NCBI GenBank assembly: GCA_032718475.1
Contig: JAUCBJ010006272.1
Location: 1-64,000, forward strand
From: Nemertoderma westbladi
Taxonomy: Eukaryota; Animalia; Xenacoelomorpha
DNA: 64,000 nucleotides
Direction of reading: 5' to 3'
Position 1 is the first letter of the stretch, and each line of letters opens with the position of its first letter. The notes beneath the pieces were generated by a model, which ran no database searches, had not been told where the DNA came from, and saw only the letters and a list, made by a program, of their open reading frames with translations. The translations under genes were made by a program, and so were the position numbers. Positions 1 through 13,329 of the stretch are shown here, in pieces.

Positions 1-1973
1 TGGGTCGTACAACGGCCGGGCCAGATGTGCATAGAGGGTTTTCTAAGTAGTTTCTCTGTAGGCCTAACGATGTACAAGTGGGAAGGGTATTACTGATAGG
101 CCTGATTGTACTATCAATATATTGTAGAGAATCATCGATTTCCAAAGTGTGCTCCATAGCCTACATAAACAAAATCGATGTAGTTGGAAATGCTGAAATG
201 ATAGACAGACTGACAGATAGAATGATAGACTGGCAGTCTGGGTTTCATATAAAAACGAAAGTTACCAGTAATATATTTATATAATTCTGTAATTTATTTT
301 TAGAACTTCTGACCTTAGACAGTTAGACAAGACCGAGTATCATTTAGCGGTTCAAGTCTAGGCCTATCCCTATTTTAGCAGGCAGTACTGCAATAGGCAG
401 ATACTGAGATAGGGCAGATATGCTGACTGGCTGATGTATATATATATATGATATATAAATCAGGGTATATACTGATATAGCCTATCTATCTACAGATCTA
501 CTGAGCTATAGACTGATAGACAGATATAACTTTCCTGTCGAATACAGGAATAGGCATACTCGTACCAGGATTAGGCAGCCAGCAGGGCAGTGGGGTAGGG
601 TACGACAATTTGTTAAATATATATCGTCGTACTTCAGTACCGGTACAGTACTGCAGTACTTTCAGACTTTAGTACCCGGTACTTTGTACTTATTTTCGGG
701 TGGGCGGTGGGTCAATAAAATTTTGACCCGTCGGTACTACTGTATTACAGTATTAGGCCTAGCCTAAATCTGTCAGTATTTCAGTACCGGTTGCCGGTTT
801 TCGTATAAATTTTTTATTTATTCGTACTGTGACGACCACACAGGCAGACAGGGTATACGGACGGATGGCAGGATGAGCTATAACGAAAAGACAGAAGGAC
901 AGGCTGACAGGCCGAACTGCGGTGTAGTTCTAGAAGCGTGTGGTAGTCCCGATATACTAATAATATTTTTCGCTAACGCACAGACATACATGGAAGTATA
1001 TTTAGCCGTAAAGTCTAGTACAATAGTAAAAACGATGAATATACTGACAGACTGGTATAATGTAAGTTACCAGACTGTAATACGACCCATATATCGATGA
1101 CCGTACATACAAATATGCACCGCTAACTAGTAACTAGAGACTATGCAGCTATCAGGCTATGTCCTCGAACTGTAGCTGTATCTATCATCGGCACAATCAC
1201 ATATCTGAATGTGTCAGTATGTGTTGTGCTGAATACAGATCAATCAGTCCTATAGGCCCGTGGTACGAATAAATATTGCACCGTACCACAGATCGGCAGT
1301 CTGTCAATCCGTGAAACACTGAAACTGTCCGGTACGTAAAATCGTGGAGAATCCTGAGATATCCGCTAGATGGCGCTTTGTCGAGCGAGCGGATTTCACA
1401 CTTATTGAATGATATACTGTACTTTACATATCGTGGCAAGTACTTGTTAAGAAGATAGCAAGTAGACTTTACAATTACTTAGTATGTGTAGCAGGGATTT
1501 TCAACAGGTTAGTACAACAATCCACCACATATAGGGTTATATCAGATATGTGTCAGCTAATTTGGTTTTTTGCTTGTTGTTGTTGATTATTGGACCTACT
1601 TGACAGTTTATAAGTCAACATTAAATCTCTGCTACTTGCTATAAAATGGCGGGACTTGATTGGCTACAATTTGGACTAAGCGGGATTGCAGGATTAAGTG
1701 GAATACTGTAGAATTATCTCTCTTCGATATCTTCGATAAATTCGAATTATATTTGTTATTTTGAATTACTTTGTTATTACCAAAATTCACAGTGTATTAT
1801 ATATTTTATATTTCCCTATTGGCCATTCAAAATAGGCCTACATTTTACAATCATTCAATAGGTCTTTACTTTTACTTGGAGAACAAAGTTTCGATGAATT
1901 TAAATAACAAATTTCCTAATTGGCATGGCCGCTTTGAATTACAGTATTATACAATGCTTTAATTTTTTCTCAC

Positions 1974-2049
1974 CTCAAGTACATTAATCTTCTCTTCAAA
2001 TTCTGAAGCTTCCTCCAAATGGTACTCCCCAAGTATTACCTGAACTGAC
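1974..2049 (-). CDS. Trypsin-family serine protease, internal exon (x-SVQVILGEYHLEEASEFEEKINVLE)
   Basis: Minus strand cataacag|G...CTTGAG|gtgaga; 76 bp, phase compatible with the phase-2 end of upstream exons; V.LGE(H/Y).L....E.E motif typical of chymotrypsin-fold proteases after the catalytic His. Confidence 0.75.
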
Positions 2050-4824
2050 CTGTTATGATAATAATTATAATTAATTTCACATAAACATACTGTAGTTTAG
2101 TTTTTAAAGTTTGTAAAGTATTGTATGTTTTTTGTTGGATATTAGCTTTTGAGAATTAGTTTAGGTAAATAAATTTCGTCCATTTATACGAGATTTCTCT
2201 ATGCATTATTACTTAGATACTGCGCAAGGATTCTGCTCATTATACTCTGCAGTTTTCTAACTATGGAAATAATCTAATTCAACTCTCACAAATAGATGCG
2301 AGATGATAGTCCTGGAGATAACTATTGTGTCGTCGTTCATCTGAATTTAAATATGTTTCAACCCCCAACGATCTCACCACACCCCAATTGAGATGGGTGA
2401 ACAATATGATATATACACGGGTCGGAGCACCAACACAAGACAGACTTACTGTGGGTACAGTACTTTATCTGTCAGCCAATTTATGAATATAGCGATGCTT
2501 CACTTACAGCAGGACTCATTATTATGTGCTTTAGTGAAGTCCTATCACCAATTCTGTGATCTGCCCAGCAGTATTTTTTCTGTTTTGAGGATATATCGGA
2601 ATTGTGAATTGTTTCTGCAGCTGCTGCCTTAACTTCCTTTGTAAAGAAAGCCCTTACTCACACAGTGATCTACTCGGCCCTTAAATGCCAAAAACGTCTA
2701 ACTCATTTTTACATAGTTTTGAGAAAAACGCAAACATACATACCTGTTATTTGAATCCTGATTGGTGGAAATCCTGTGAAATGATGTCATTAGGTAATTT
2801 ATAGTCATAAGATTCTCTGAACAGCATATTTTTAACTGAAACTCATATCTACATAGTGAAATGTGAGATATAGCGTATGTTAAACAAGCGCGATCAGGAG
2901 CGGGTTCTTACTGTCATACGCGGCTAAACACGAAATTGCTTCTAACTGCTAGATGGCACTAACCAGGCCGTCCGCTAATATGTTTTACTAATTTCTCTAT
3001 ACGGCTCCTACAAAATCGCTTGCTCCTTTCTCTATCGATCACTCGACAGAGAGCTAATTGTTCGAATCTATGAGCCACGCGGGAATAACCAAAACAATAA
3101 ACCCGAAATCGGCTCCCTAAGCTACTTAAAACGAGTGCGGGTGGTCTGACACTCGGCGTTCACTTACTGACTTATCGCAAAATACTGGAATTCACTGGCA
3201 GAATTGTTGAATGTGAGAATGTTTTAATAATCTACGGGGACCAGATCTGTTACTTTATTAGGGTCTAAACTTGGCCTTTGGCTGGCTTTAGGCCAGCAAC
3301 TTACTATTGTATACTGGATGCTGCTATCAGCTTGTTGCCCCGCTATTTTCAAATAACCGCCTAGCGTGAATAGTCTACAGTATTCTAAAACAATTACTTA
3401 AACTACTCTCCGCTATGCTGTGTACAAATTCTTATTTTATTTTATCGCTAAATTAATTACAGTCATAATACGGAATTGTGTACTAATTACTAGATGTTCC
3501 AGAATACGTAGTTCTAATTTATTACGTACTGGGTTATACTAGCAACAGCCTAAATACTGTATTAATTTGAACTAATCAGCAATCAATAAAGTGTAAACTA
3601 AGAAATATAAATCAATCAAGGAAACGGCGCCTATCTAAGCATTCACAATTAAGAATCAGGCACTCTTTAGCAACACAACACAAATAGCGTAGCAATAAGC
3701 TAGTAGTACGTTACTGCGCTAACTACCAGTCAGCTAGTGCACTAAAACCGCACATTAGCGTATCAGCATACCAGTATGTCAATTTTGTCAGTGTAAGACA
3801 CGAAGGCCACCCCCGGCTACATATAGGCTTCCTAACTAACCCCAAGTTCTGACCCTAACACTAAAAGGTAGAGACAAAATCTGGATCGTCAGCCCCTTAA
3901 TACTGTACTAGCGGCTGCTATCTTGTCCTCACTGACTAGCCCCAATCACAACGGTGGCCCTCCGCCAGCGTTGCCCCGCTTTGGATCCTCTGCACTCTCC
4001 TCCGTCGCTTCCCCCCGGTACGCCCGCCGCGCCTACCGGTACTTTAGCTCTCCATATTAGAACAAATAGCTACCGTATCGGCGCATGCATTCACAAACAG
4101 TCTGACAGTATAAAAGAAATCCCGTAGGATTACCACATCTCAATCACATAGAAGTCAGTAATTAAATGTAGAAATCATAGTTCGAGATTGTAATTAGCAG
4201 TAACCATATCAAATATACGTAATTTAAGAAAAAAACAGCAAAGAATTTAAATCAGAAATAACATGGCCATGCAGGAGGCAGAACAAGGAATTACACAGAA
4301 TAATTGCAAGAAGAATAGGAAGATGAAGAAAAATTGCAGTAGCACATACCGGAAACACAGCCAATTTATAGATGATGAAATAGGGATGACGCAATAATCG
4401 TCTCATTGGTCCAGCAAACCACGCCACCATTAGACCAACCTGGAACAGCTGGGCCAATAAGGAAGCCGGATTGTGTTCCTTGTCCTTCCAAATCGCAAAT
4501 TATTACCATATATGGTAATGAATTGTGTCCCAGTGGGCTTACAGGTTGCTGGCCATAACATTAATTTCGCGATTATTAAAGTACATTAAGCACAATTAGA
4601 TATATAGACAATTTAGAGACAAATATAAATGGAAATTAATACAAATACACAATTAATTTGATCAATATTAATAAACGGCAAGCTCGTATTAAGGTTTTAT
4701 AGGAACTTGCTACCGTAAATGTTATTTATCAATGTTTTATTACAAAATTATGTACGCAAAGCTACATACTATACAAAAATGGAAAAGATTTATAAACTTG
4801 GATATTTTGTTGTCCCTATCTAAT

Positions 4825-6118
4825 TACGGCCGTATATCATTATGACTTAATCTAAATATTCTATACTGTATAATGGGCTGATAAATTAATAGTACACAGC
4901 GCCATATATCGTAACAGCGTATTTGCTTTTATGTTTCCATAGACATTTGTATGCCAAAACCGTGTATCTCAGAGTTAGTCTGTTTTGGCATGTATAAATT
5001 TGTTGTTTAACCTGAATTTCTAGGCATTCTTTCGTTTTTAGTGCTTCTCTGGTGGGACAAAAAATGCAACTGTAGCATAAAACTTACAAATGCCAAAAAA
5101 TGAATTTAGTTGGATAATATGATATTTTTGAGTCTCATATTCGTGATCAGCGTCTCAGAAACCCCCATGAAATTTAGTAATGATTTTTATTAACAAATTT
5201 GTTCTACATTTATATTTTTCGTGCCACACATTGACACATTTCTAAAAATGCCATAATCATCAAGGTACGATATATCTCATATATTCGATGATCAGCACTC
5301 CAAAAGAAATCAAAAATTTAAATAAAGGTCATAAAATTGGCTTGATTTTATGATGATTTTTCATCATCATGTCATTACTCATCATCATTACTTGTTTTTT
5401 CGTGCCCCAGGGGGTACATTCAAAATTACAAAAAAATTTCTCGAAGGTTATATTTGAGTTCTACAATCATCGTCAACATCCAAAAAACGCGATCTACCGC
5501 AAATAAATTTATTTTAGTTAGTCATAAAAACTTTTGAAAATTTTAGCACGAAAATGCTGGAGATGGGTGTCAGAAAGTTACCATGGCACGAAAACTAACA
5601 TACTGTAGCTATATAAATGGTGATTGCGATGTTGGATAGCACATTAAATTTTAGGACACCAGTAAAGTAAAACTAGGTACTAGTAAAAACATAATTGTAG
5701 GCTATAAGGCAAGTTTAGCGTCATTATTGTATTACGTAGATCATAGAGATAGACTGTTTTGGCAAATACAAATGAATAATTATTAGATATTGAATCCAAC
5801 GGAATACAAGTAGACATAATACACAGATATGAAAGAATACACAGATAGACGGTTTCGGCATAAAGGAAACCATAAATTCAAACTTGGTGTTTAATCCCAA
5901 ATCAATCTAAGTAAAGATAGATGGTTTTGGGATTTACTATTATTGACAGATGTTGAGATAGACGGTTTTGGCAAAAATATATCTCCTTAGGACTTCATAA
6001 TTACGTCTTAAGACTTGGCTAGAAAGATGCGCCTCGTTTTTCCGATTCCAAATATATTATGCATATGTAATTTTTCAAAAAAATTGAGTTAGACGGTTTT
6101 GGCATGTAAAGGGCCGTA
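4825..6118. mobile_element. Possible degenerate non-autonomous TIR DNA element with subterminal AGACGGTTTTGGCA repeats
   Basis: Begins tacggcc (4825), ends ggccgta (6118); about 5 copies of (at)agacggttttggca at 5750-6105 and an inverted copy (atgccaaaaccgt) near 4950; no TSD found. Confidence 0.35.
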
Positions 6119-7300
6119 CTGCATCAGTGGCAAGGGCTTCATAGCTTTTGCTCAGCTGCAGTGAAGCTGGATCTCACACTACTATGATGTTGCAAGAGAG
6201 CACACATTATTTATACCATATTAAGTATGTTAAGACGGCTTAGAATGAATATTGTGAATATGAATATTGTAATCGCTTCTTGTAGTGTAATTCGCAATCG
6301 CAGTTGTGGCGTTCCCAACAGAGCGATCGAAAAATGCAAAACTATCCAAAATACTATTAATTTTAGTACCACGACGTTGTTGTTCCGCATTGAGACGCTG
6401 CGCTCCTCCTTAAACATGTATTCCCGGCTTTCTGAGCTGTTGAGATATAACATAAGAGGAACACCGGCTGACGGGTCTTTTCACCAGGGTTATTGCTTCC
6501 AATATGAATCAATTGATTGAGAGTTATAGTGCAGATATATTTAAGTCAGAGGGAAGTAATGTTGAATTGACATCAGTCAGTGTACCGTTATGACGTATCT
6601 GTATGGGATGATTGCTGACCTGTTCCCAGGAGAGGCAATGGCGCGAAATGACCGCAAACACAAAATAAATTTTATTGGGTTTTAAAAAATGTTTTAATTA
6701 AATTAAAAACGTTACGGGAAAGGAACAGGTTATAGTGGCGATGTTTTCTAACCAAAATAATAAACTATACATTATTTCACTTGCGGTCAATTTCGGCTGA
6801 AGATCACTACTTTCGCTTGCGGTCAAAGTGCGCCACGATCTGTCCCAAGAAGTGTGTAATGGGAGAATGACACTGACAGTACCGGTACGGTGTTATCTAT
6901 CTACATGTAATGCAGCATTCAAAGCTATAGGCCTCATAGATTTGTCAAATACTTCACAAAATTTTATCAAAAGTGACAGTTGAAAGAAAAATTGCAATTT
7001 GTATCAATCATTTTCTATAATTTATCATATTTGTTAGTTATTTGTCAAATACTTAACACAAATTTATGAAAATTGTCAGTCAAAAGAAAAGTTGTAATTT
7101 TATCGAGAACTTAGTATAACTTGCCAAAATTGTTAGTTATTTGTGAAGTATTTACAAAATATTTAAAAATTTACATGGTCTCTCGGTTTGACAAATAAAA
7201 CAATCAGATATCAAGCAGACAACAAGAAGTATTTTATAGTAGAACTACTATTATTTTTCATCAGGGTAGTCCGATTTCTAAGTTCCGTTGGCGCAAAGAC

Positions 7301-7877
7301 TGTGACGGGATCCCTGAGTTGGCGAGGGAATCCCGACCGGGTTTTGTCTTGGTTCATACGCGTCGCCGCGTCCGCTTACTGTGGCTGAATTACTGAAGGC
7401 TAAAGGCCGGTTATAATAAAAGAGTTTGGTGTTAATGTTGTTAATCTCTCATAAGTATACAAGTACCAGGTTGTAATCAGTACAACAGTAATCACAATGA
7501 TAGCAGACAACGACGGCGACGGTTGAAAGCCGTCCGACTTCTGCTCACCCAATATACCAACTAAAGTACAATTGACAGAGTAACGGTCATATATTACATG
7601 GGACACATTAATTACCTAGGTGTGGCCAACCAGTGGACGCGCTGTAATTGGACACATGCTGTCCCTCCATTGGTCGATCTATCCCCTGTTCCTATGCTGC
7701 TTCTACCCTGAGATGAGCTGTGTGCTGGCATCTCTCCCTGTGGCTGGCACTGTATATTGCTAGGTGCTAATTGTTAGGTGACATTATATTTGTAATGTCA
7801 CCTAATCAACCATAATTGGTAAAAAGCCACTCTCCCCATTTTCCACTGGGTAGTGCAGCGAATTGGATACGCTAACA
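7301..7877. mobile_element. Solo LTR (577 bp)
   Basis: TGTGA...TAACA termini flanked by an exact 5-bp TSD AAGAC (7296-7300 / 7878-7882); both ends resemble the element at 11272-13664. Confidence 0.75.
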
Positions 7878-8241
7878 AAGACTAAGTTTATTATTTATTA
7901 CTTTGGCCATAACAAGACGATTTTCACTGGATAAGGAATGAAGTGTAAATACATTAGGCCTACGCTGTTATCCTGCATTTTTTTCTTTCGAAACAGAATA
8001 TCTAGGACTTATTACCACTGGGTCCAGTAGAGTCTATAGCATTCCGATTTATTTCTTGAACTGGGTCCCTGCCGAAAATAACCCATTTGACCCTATAACC
8101 CATGAAAATAACCAAATAACACAAATGACTAGCATGCATGCAACCAGTTGTCTATGGAACAGGTTTAGCTATCTCTTAACCCTATTAAATCATGAGAGTT
8201 TCGTTATCATACCGGTCACTTAGGTTGGAATTTACACCTAC

Positions 8242-8298
8242 CTTGTATGAACAACTAACTGGTTGCCTGACGCCTGAGTGCCAGAAACGAATAATGAT
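8242..8298 (-). CDS. Putative 57-bp symmetric exon of the serine protease (GSLFVSGTQASGNQLVVHTR)
   Basis: accag|A...ACAAG|gtaggt, phase 2-2, open in frame between the TAAHC exon and exon 1974-2049; no family motif. Confidence 0.4.
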
Positions 8299-8411
8299 CT
8301 GGTACACTCCAGAAATGTACATGTAATCACTAACATAACATAAGTAGCATAAGGATACTGTAGAGCTACTGTAGATGGTGACAGTAGCAATAATATGTGT
8401 GTGTAACTCAC

Positions 8412-8607
8412 CCTTCTATAAGTGAATGACAGTGGGCTGCTGTAATAACATACTGTGGGAGAACCAAAGTTCCACCACATTCATGCCCCGAGTCATCCTG
8501 TACAGTAACCATCCAAGGCCAGGAACCCGGTTCGGCCTCGGTACCGCCGACAATTCGTAAGTATAATGAGGGTCTAATAGAGGGAACTCCGCATCCCATA
8601 ACACATC
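8412..8607 (-). CDS. Trypsin-family (S1A) serine protease exon: propeptide CG..R|IVGG through catalytic His
   Basis: tttcag acceptor before 8607, gtgagt donor after 8412; [40 protein letters not shown]. Confidence 0.9.
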
Positions 8608-8954
8608 CTGAAACAATTATTTACCTTGGAGGCCCAATACATTTCTCCACTCATACTATATATTATCATCCATACGTCCCCCTTTATTAATTTTCTTTGT
8701 ACTCGGGTTTTCGAGGGCGCTGTTTCCAATGGGCCTAATCTCGAAATGATCTAACCTATAATTAATGACTTACGTCTACGAGGCATGCGTAATTAACAAA
8801 TCTCGTTTACCATTTATCCATAAAATCTATGAAGCTACTGTGAAGCTACTTTTATGAAGGGCGAGCCATGAGGCAAGATGTTTGAGACTTATTTAGATAT
8901 ATTATTACATAATTTTGAACCCTCAGTCTACCATTTACTCTCAATCGATCTTTC

Positions 8955-9511
8955 GGCCTCAGATTGAATGTCTGAGGCATAGTCAGGGCCTCAGGTTGAG
9001 GGTCTGAGGCATAGTCAGAGCCTCAGATTGAGTGTCTGAGGTATAGTCAGGGCCGCAGAATGAGGGTCTGAGGCATAATCAGAGCCTCAGATTGAGGGTC
9101 TGAGGCATAGTCAGAGCCTCAGATTGAGGGTCTGAGGTATAATCAGCGTCTCAGATTGAGGGTCTGAGTCATAGTCAGGGCCTCAGATTGAGGGTCTGAG
9201 GCATAGTCAGGGCCACAGATTGAGGGTCTGATGCATAGTCAGGGCCTCGGTTGAGGGTCTGAGGCATAATCAAGGCCTCAGATTGAGGGCCTGATGCATA
9301 GTCAGGGCCTCAGATTGAGGGTCTGGGGCATAGTCAGGCCCTCAGGTTTAGTGTAAGAGGCATAGTCAGAGCCTTAGATTGAGTGTCTGAGGCACAGTCA
9401 GGGCCTCACATTGAGGGTCTGAGGCATAGTCGGGGCCTCAGATTGAGGGTCTGAGGCACAATCAGAGCGTGAGCCTCAGATTGAGGGTCTGGGGCATAGT
9501 CAGAGCCTCAG
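8955..9511. repeat. 32-bp minisatellite (agattgagggtctgaggcatagtcagggcctc), about 17 copies
   Basis: Directly visible tandem array; each period contains the inverted pair cctcaga/tctgagg. Confidence 0.9.
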
Positions 9512-10426
9512 CTCATAACCTCTTCCCTCATAACCTCCTCACTTGTATCCTCTTACTTGTGTGAGTTCGAACCATAGAAGAGCATTATTCTTTTTCCTAG
9601 CTCCACGTTGACTCTAGTGTACACTAGCTTCGACCCTCTCAGCTGTAGTGAGAGTCTATAATTTGTTGAGAAAGTAAACAAATGGATCGAATAGTGATAG
9701 TATGCAACCTTGGAAGTTAATGCGCTGTCTTATGAGTAAAAGCCAAGAGATAGACTTCAGGTTGCCTCTGTTGGTTCACTCTTCTTAACTTTACAATAGA
9801 GTTTTCTAGCACGGGTTCAAATCCAACTAAAAATCCTGTACATTTTGCGCTGAACACTTAGGAGTTATGATGTCTCCAATCATCAATTAATAGTTTGGCA
9901 ATTCACTCGAAACTTTTCAAATTCTCTGTAACTTATGATTGGTTGACTGATTTAAGGTCCTAGGTATCCATTCTCTTATTGATCTATTACATTTTCAGAT
10001 TATATTTAGATTTTTGTTACTTATGATTGGTTGATTAATTTAAGCTCCTCCCTGTCGCATTCTCAGATAGTATTTAATCCCCTTTAGTTGTAAAAACCCC
10101 ATTGTAATATAAATTGATTTACTGTTGACATCTCTCTCTTATGTTATTATTTAAAAGTTTATATTCGTAATTTAATTAAATTTATAGAGGAGACCATCCT
10201 TCCAATTCGAAGCAGTGACTCTCGTCTTGCCTTATTTGCTTAACTTTAAACCTTTATCAGTTCAACAGATCATTGGCCTAATCTCAAATTATCTATTACA
10301 TCTCAATCAATCTTATATTTTGCCAATATTATTGCTACTTTGAATTGGAATTCAGAATTATAAAATATAAAACTCTGTATGTAGTGTAATTAAATGTAAA
10401 AGTAACCTATTTTATACTCTTTTATA

Positions 10427-11271
10427 ATGCGTAATCATGAACAATGTTTGGATTGTAATAAAGAAATGAGACAAGACAATCTATCTCGTCATATGGAAAC
10501 ACACAAAAAGGTTAAACTAATGGAAAGATTACCAAAGAAATTTAAAAAACATGATGATATTTTTAGTGAAGATGAAAAGAAAAAGTGAGGTGGGCGTGAG
10601 ATATTAAATATAAAACAGTTATGAATATTTTGAAAGGGATACAGAAATAGTTACCTTTAGAAAAATAAGAAAATTTGAGTGAGAAAGATGAAGAAGAAGG
10701 GAATGATGAGGTGGAGAATGAAAATAGTGAGAGTCAGGATGAAGTTGAAGAGAGTGAGGTTGAGGACGAAGAAAGTGAAGATCAGGATGAGGATGAAGAA
10801 AGCGAGAATAAGAAGTTGAGTGATGAAGATAGTGATGATCAGGCGGAGAATGAAGTATGTGAGGAACAAGAAGATGAAGAAAATGTAGGTCAGGAAAGTG
10901 AAGAAAGTGAGGGAGAGAATGAGGATAATGAAACAGAGGATTAATATTATAATAAAGAGGAAATATTGAGAAAATTACTCGAAAATAAGAATAAATTGCA
11001 GAAAATTATTAAACATTTGAAGGAAAATGAAGAAAATAAAGGTGACATTAACCCAAGTTCTAGGAAGTAAAATTAAATTACAGAAATTTATTAAACATTT
11101 AGAAGAGAATGAGGAAACTAAAGAAGAGATATTGAGATAAATATTAGTAATCAAAAATCAAATGCAGAAAATGTCCTTGGAAATAAAAGTAAATTATTGA
11201 AAATTAATGAACAATTGAATAAAATTAACAAACAATTGGATAAAGAGGAAGATGAAACTGAAGAAAATCAA
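10427..11271 (+). pseudogene. Decayed ORF: N-terminal C2H2-like finger (CLDCNKEMRQDNLSRHMETH) followed by Glu/Asp-rich and coiled-coil-like region; continues at 13670-13765 after the LTR
   Basis: ATG 10427, stop 10586-10588, acidic ORF 10675-10944, further stops/frameshifts; removing the solo LTR rejoins ...EENQ|HDEENQPT in frame. Confidence 0.55.
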
Positions 11272-11499
11272 TGTGACGGGATCAGAGGAACCCGACCGGT
11301 TAATTTTATGTTACGCGTCACCGCACGATTGAGACAAGAGTTTGTTGTTGTTATTCTGATCTTGATATAAGCCGATGATAATATTGTATATGTAATAGCA
11401 CAGTTTGGAATATTGCAATGTTGAGTTAAGTAATGTACCGGTAAAGATGATGTTACAGGTGACAGATAATGACGGTACTAAAGTGTCACCCATCTGCCC

Positions 11500-13329
11500 T
11501 ACGTGACTGAGATAACTGACCGGTAAAATGATTCAACGATAAATGGTGAAGGTAAATGGTTCAACGAGCCAATCACACAGCAGGAAATACAGCAAACTAT
11601 AAGTAGATCCGCCAATAACAAAGCGGCCGGTCTAGACCAAGTCGTGTATGAGCACCTTAAGCAAGGTATAGTACATATTTTGTTTCTACTGACAGCACTG
11701 TACAATATGTGTTTAGACGCTGGGCGACTTCCCTCTCCCTGGAAGCAAAGCATCATTACCGTTATCTACAAAGGTAAAGGTTCGCCAGCTGACCCCGGGA
11801 ACTATCGGGGTATAGCTCTCATCTGTGTCATGCTGAAGGTACTTACTGCTATAATAAACAAACGAATAATATCAGCGATAAAACACCTAATCCCAAGTGA
11901 ACAATTTGGCTTTCTCCCTGGTAAATCAACCCTAAACGCATTGGTAATTTTAATCTCAGACATTAACAAGGCATTGCAGTCACCTATCCGCACTGAGCGC
12001 ATGGTATATGCAGTGTTTGTTGATTTTAAGAAAGCGTTCGATATGGTTAGTCGTGCTGTGCTCCTAAAGAAACTATACAACGCCGGAGTCCGCGGTAAAA
12101 TATTCGCGATTATTAAGGACTTACTCACCAACAAAGTTACAATTTTTGATGGGCTCTGTCTGTCAAACTTCATCGAGCAACTACGCGGTATTTTACAAGG
12201 GGACAGTTTATCGCCGACCTGTTTCATTCTATTTATTGCGGATTTAGCGACTACGCTGAGAAACATTGGTTCCTTCCTACGTTTCCTTTTCTATGCAGAC
12301 GATCTAGTATTTTATTCAAGTAACAAACAATATATACAAAAGGCTCTAACTGTACTGCATGAATGGTGCACTAACAACGGCATGGAAGTCAATTTAATTA
12401 AGACTAAAATTGTAAAATTCAGAAAGGGTGGACGACTTGCGCCGACTGATATATTTTATTACGGAGGCAGAGTGGTAGAAATCTGCAAACAGTATGAGTA
12501 TCTAGGCGTTTTATTCCAGTCATCACTGTGTTTCACAAACCACATCAAGTTAAAACAACAAAAGGCTTATAAATTAATTGGATCAATAAACAACCTTCAT
12601 CTCCTTTCCATTGAAACAGCTCTAAAGATTTTCGAAATAAAGATTGCCCCAATGGCACTTTATGGCTTCAAAAGTTATAGCCACCACCTTAAGCTGCAAA
12701 ATCTAAAAGATATTGATCGGATCAAATCACGCTTTGTAAAGAAAATGTTATGTCTACATAAATCATCGTCTTCGACAGCTGCAATAAAGCTTGCCAACTC
12801 AAAGATGTTTATAGAGACGACTCTAGACAAGAACCCTGATATCCTTAATCCAGACGTTCTAGAACAATATAGAGCACACAGGGAGGAGCGCACCGCAAAT
12901 TTCGCAGCCAGGGGGTACCAGCGTGGCCCAGGGTTCACCACTAACTGGTGGAGACTCCCGGGGCAACGCAAAAGACACATCATTACCAGGACCACGATCC
13001 ACGGCTGGCACCACAGGATCTGCGTAAACCGCCGATACCACGACCCGGAGGACAAATGTGTCTGTTTGTTCTGCAATGGCAGCTGCAGCGACAGATACCA
13101 CGTCCTGTCTTGCCCGGACTGTCCTCGACCCGAAGCCCTCGCTACAGAAACCAACTAGAAAGGATAACTGGTGCAAAACATCTGCCGCTTACCATTTCTT
13201 TTTTATTAACATTTGCTTTTTACTAACTATTTATTGTGCTTAAATATAGAATTAATTGTGCTTTTTCTTTTTTAATACTGGACTTAATATACTTACCCCT
13301 AAAGGGGTGTAACTTCTTTAAAAAAAAAA
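11500..13329 (+). mobile_element. 5'-truncated non-LTR retrotransposon (RTEX/L2-group-like, clade not resolved) with poly(A) tail
   Basis: RT ORF, short 3'UTR, stem-loop at 13295-13308, A-tail ending about 13329; 5' boundary approximate. Confidence 0.85.
11527..13158 (+). CDS. LINE reverse transcriptase, uninterrupted but lacking the endonuclease
   Basis: Motifs KAAGLD, NYRGIAL, QFGF, FVDFKKAFD, QGDSLSP, YADD, YEYLG; C-terminal CxCxxC..YHxLxC; frame open from the in-frame stop at 11524-11526. Confidence 0.9.
   Translation, partial: NDSTINGEGKWFNEPITQQEIQQTISRSANNKAAGLDQVVYEHLKQGIVHILFLLTALYNMCLDAGRLPSPWKQSIITVIYKGKGSPADPGNYRGIALICVMLKVLTAIINKRIISAIKHLIPSEQFGFLPGKSTLNALVILISDINKALQSPIRTERMVYAVFVDFKKAFDMVSRAVLLKKLYNAGVRGKIFAIIKDLLTNKVTIFDGLCLSNFIEQLRGILQGDSLSPTCFILFIADLATTLRNIGSFLRFLFYADDLVFYSSNKQYIQKALTVLHEWCTNNGMEVNLIKTKIVKFRKGGRLAPTDIFYYGGRVVEICKQYEYLGVLFQSSLCFTNHIKLKQQKAYKLIGSINNLHLLSIETALKIFEIKIAPMALYGFKSYSHHLKLQNLKDIDRIKSRFVKKMLCLHKSSSSTAAIKLANSKMFIETTLDKNPDILNPDVLEQYRAHREERTANFAARGYQRGPGFTTNWWRLPGQRKRHIITRTTIHGWHHRICVNRRYHDPEDKCVCLFCNGSCSDRYHVLSCPDCPRPEALATETN

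Noticed and set aside
1-1900. Short ORFs, and a search for the protease DIAL/GDSGG exons
   Set aside because: No recognisable motifs found; low-complexity intronic-looking DNA.
11802-13226. Antisense and alternate-frame ORFs over LINE, RTE and BEL coding regions (also 42715-43314, 58708-59313)
   Set aside because: Shadow ORFs of the real coding strand.
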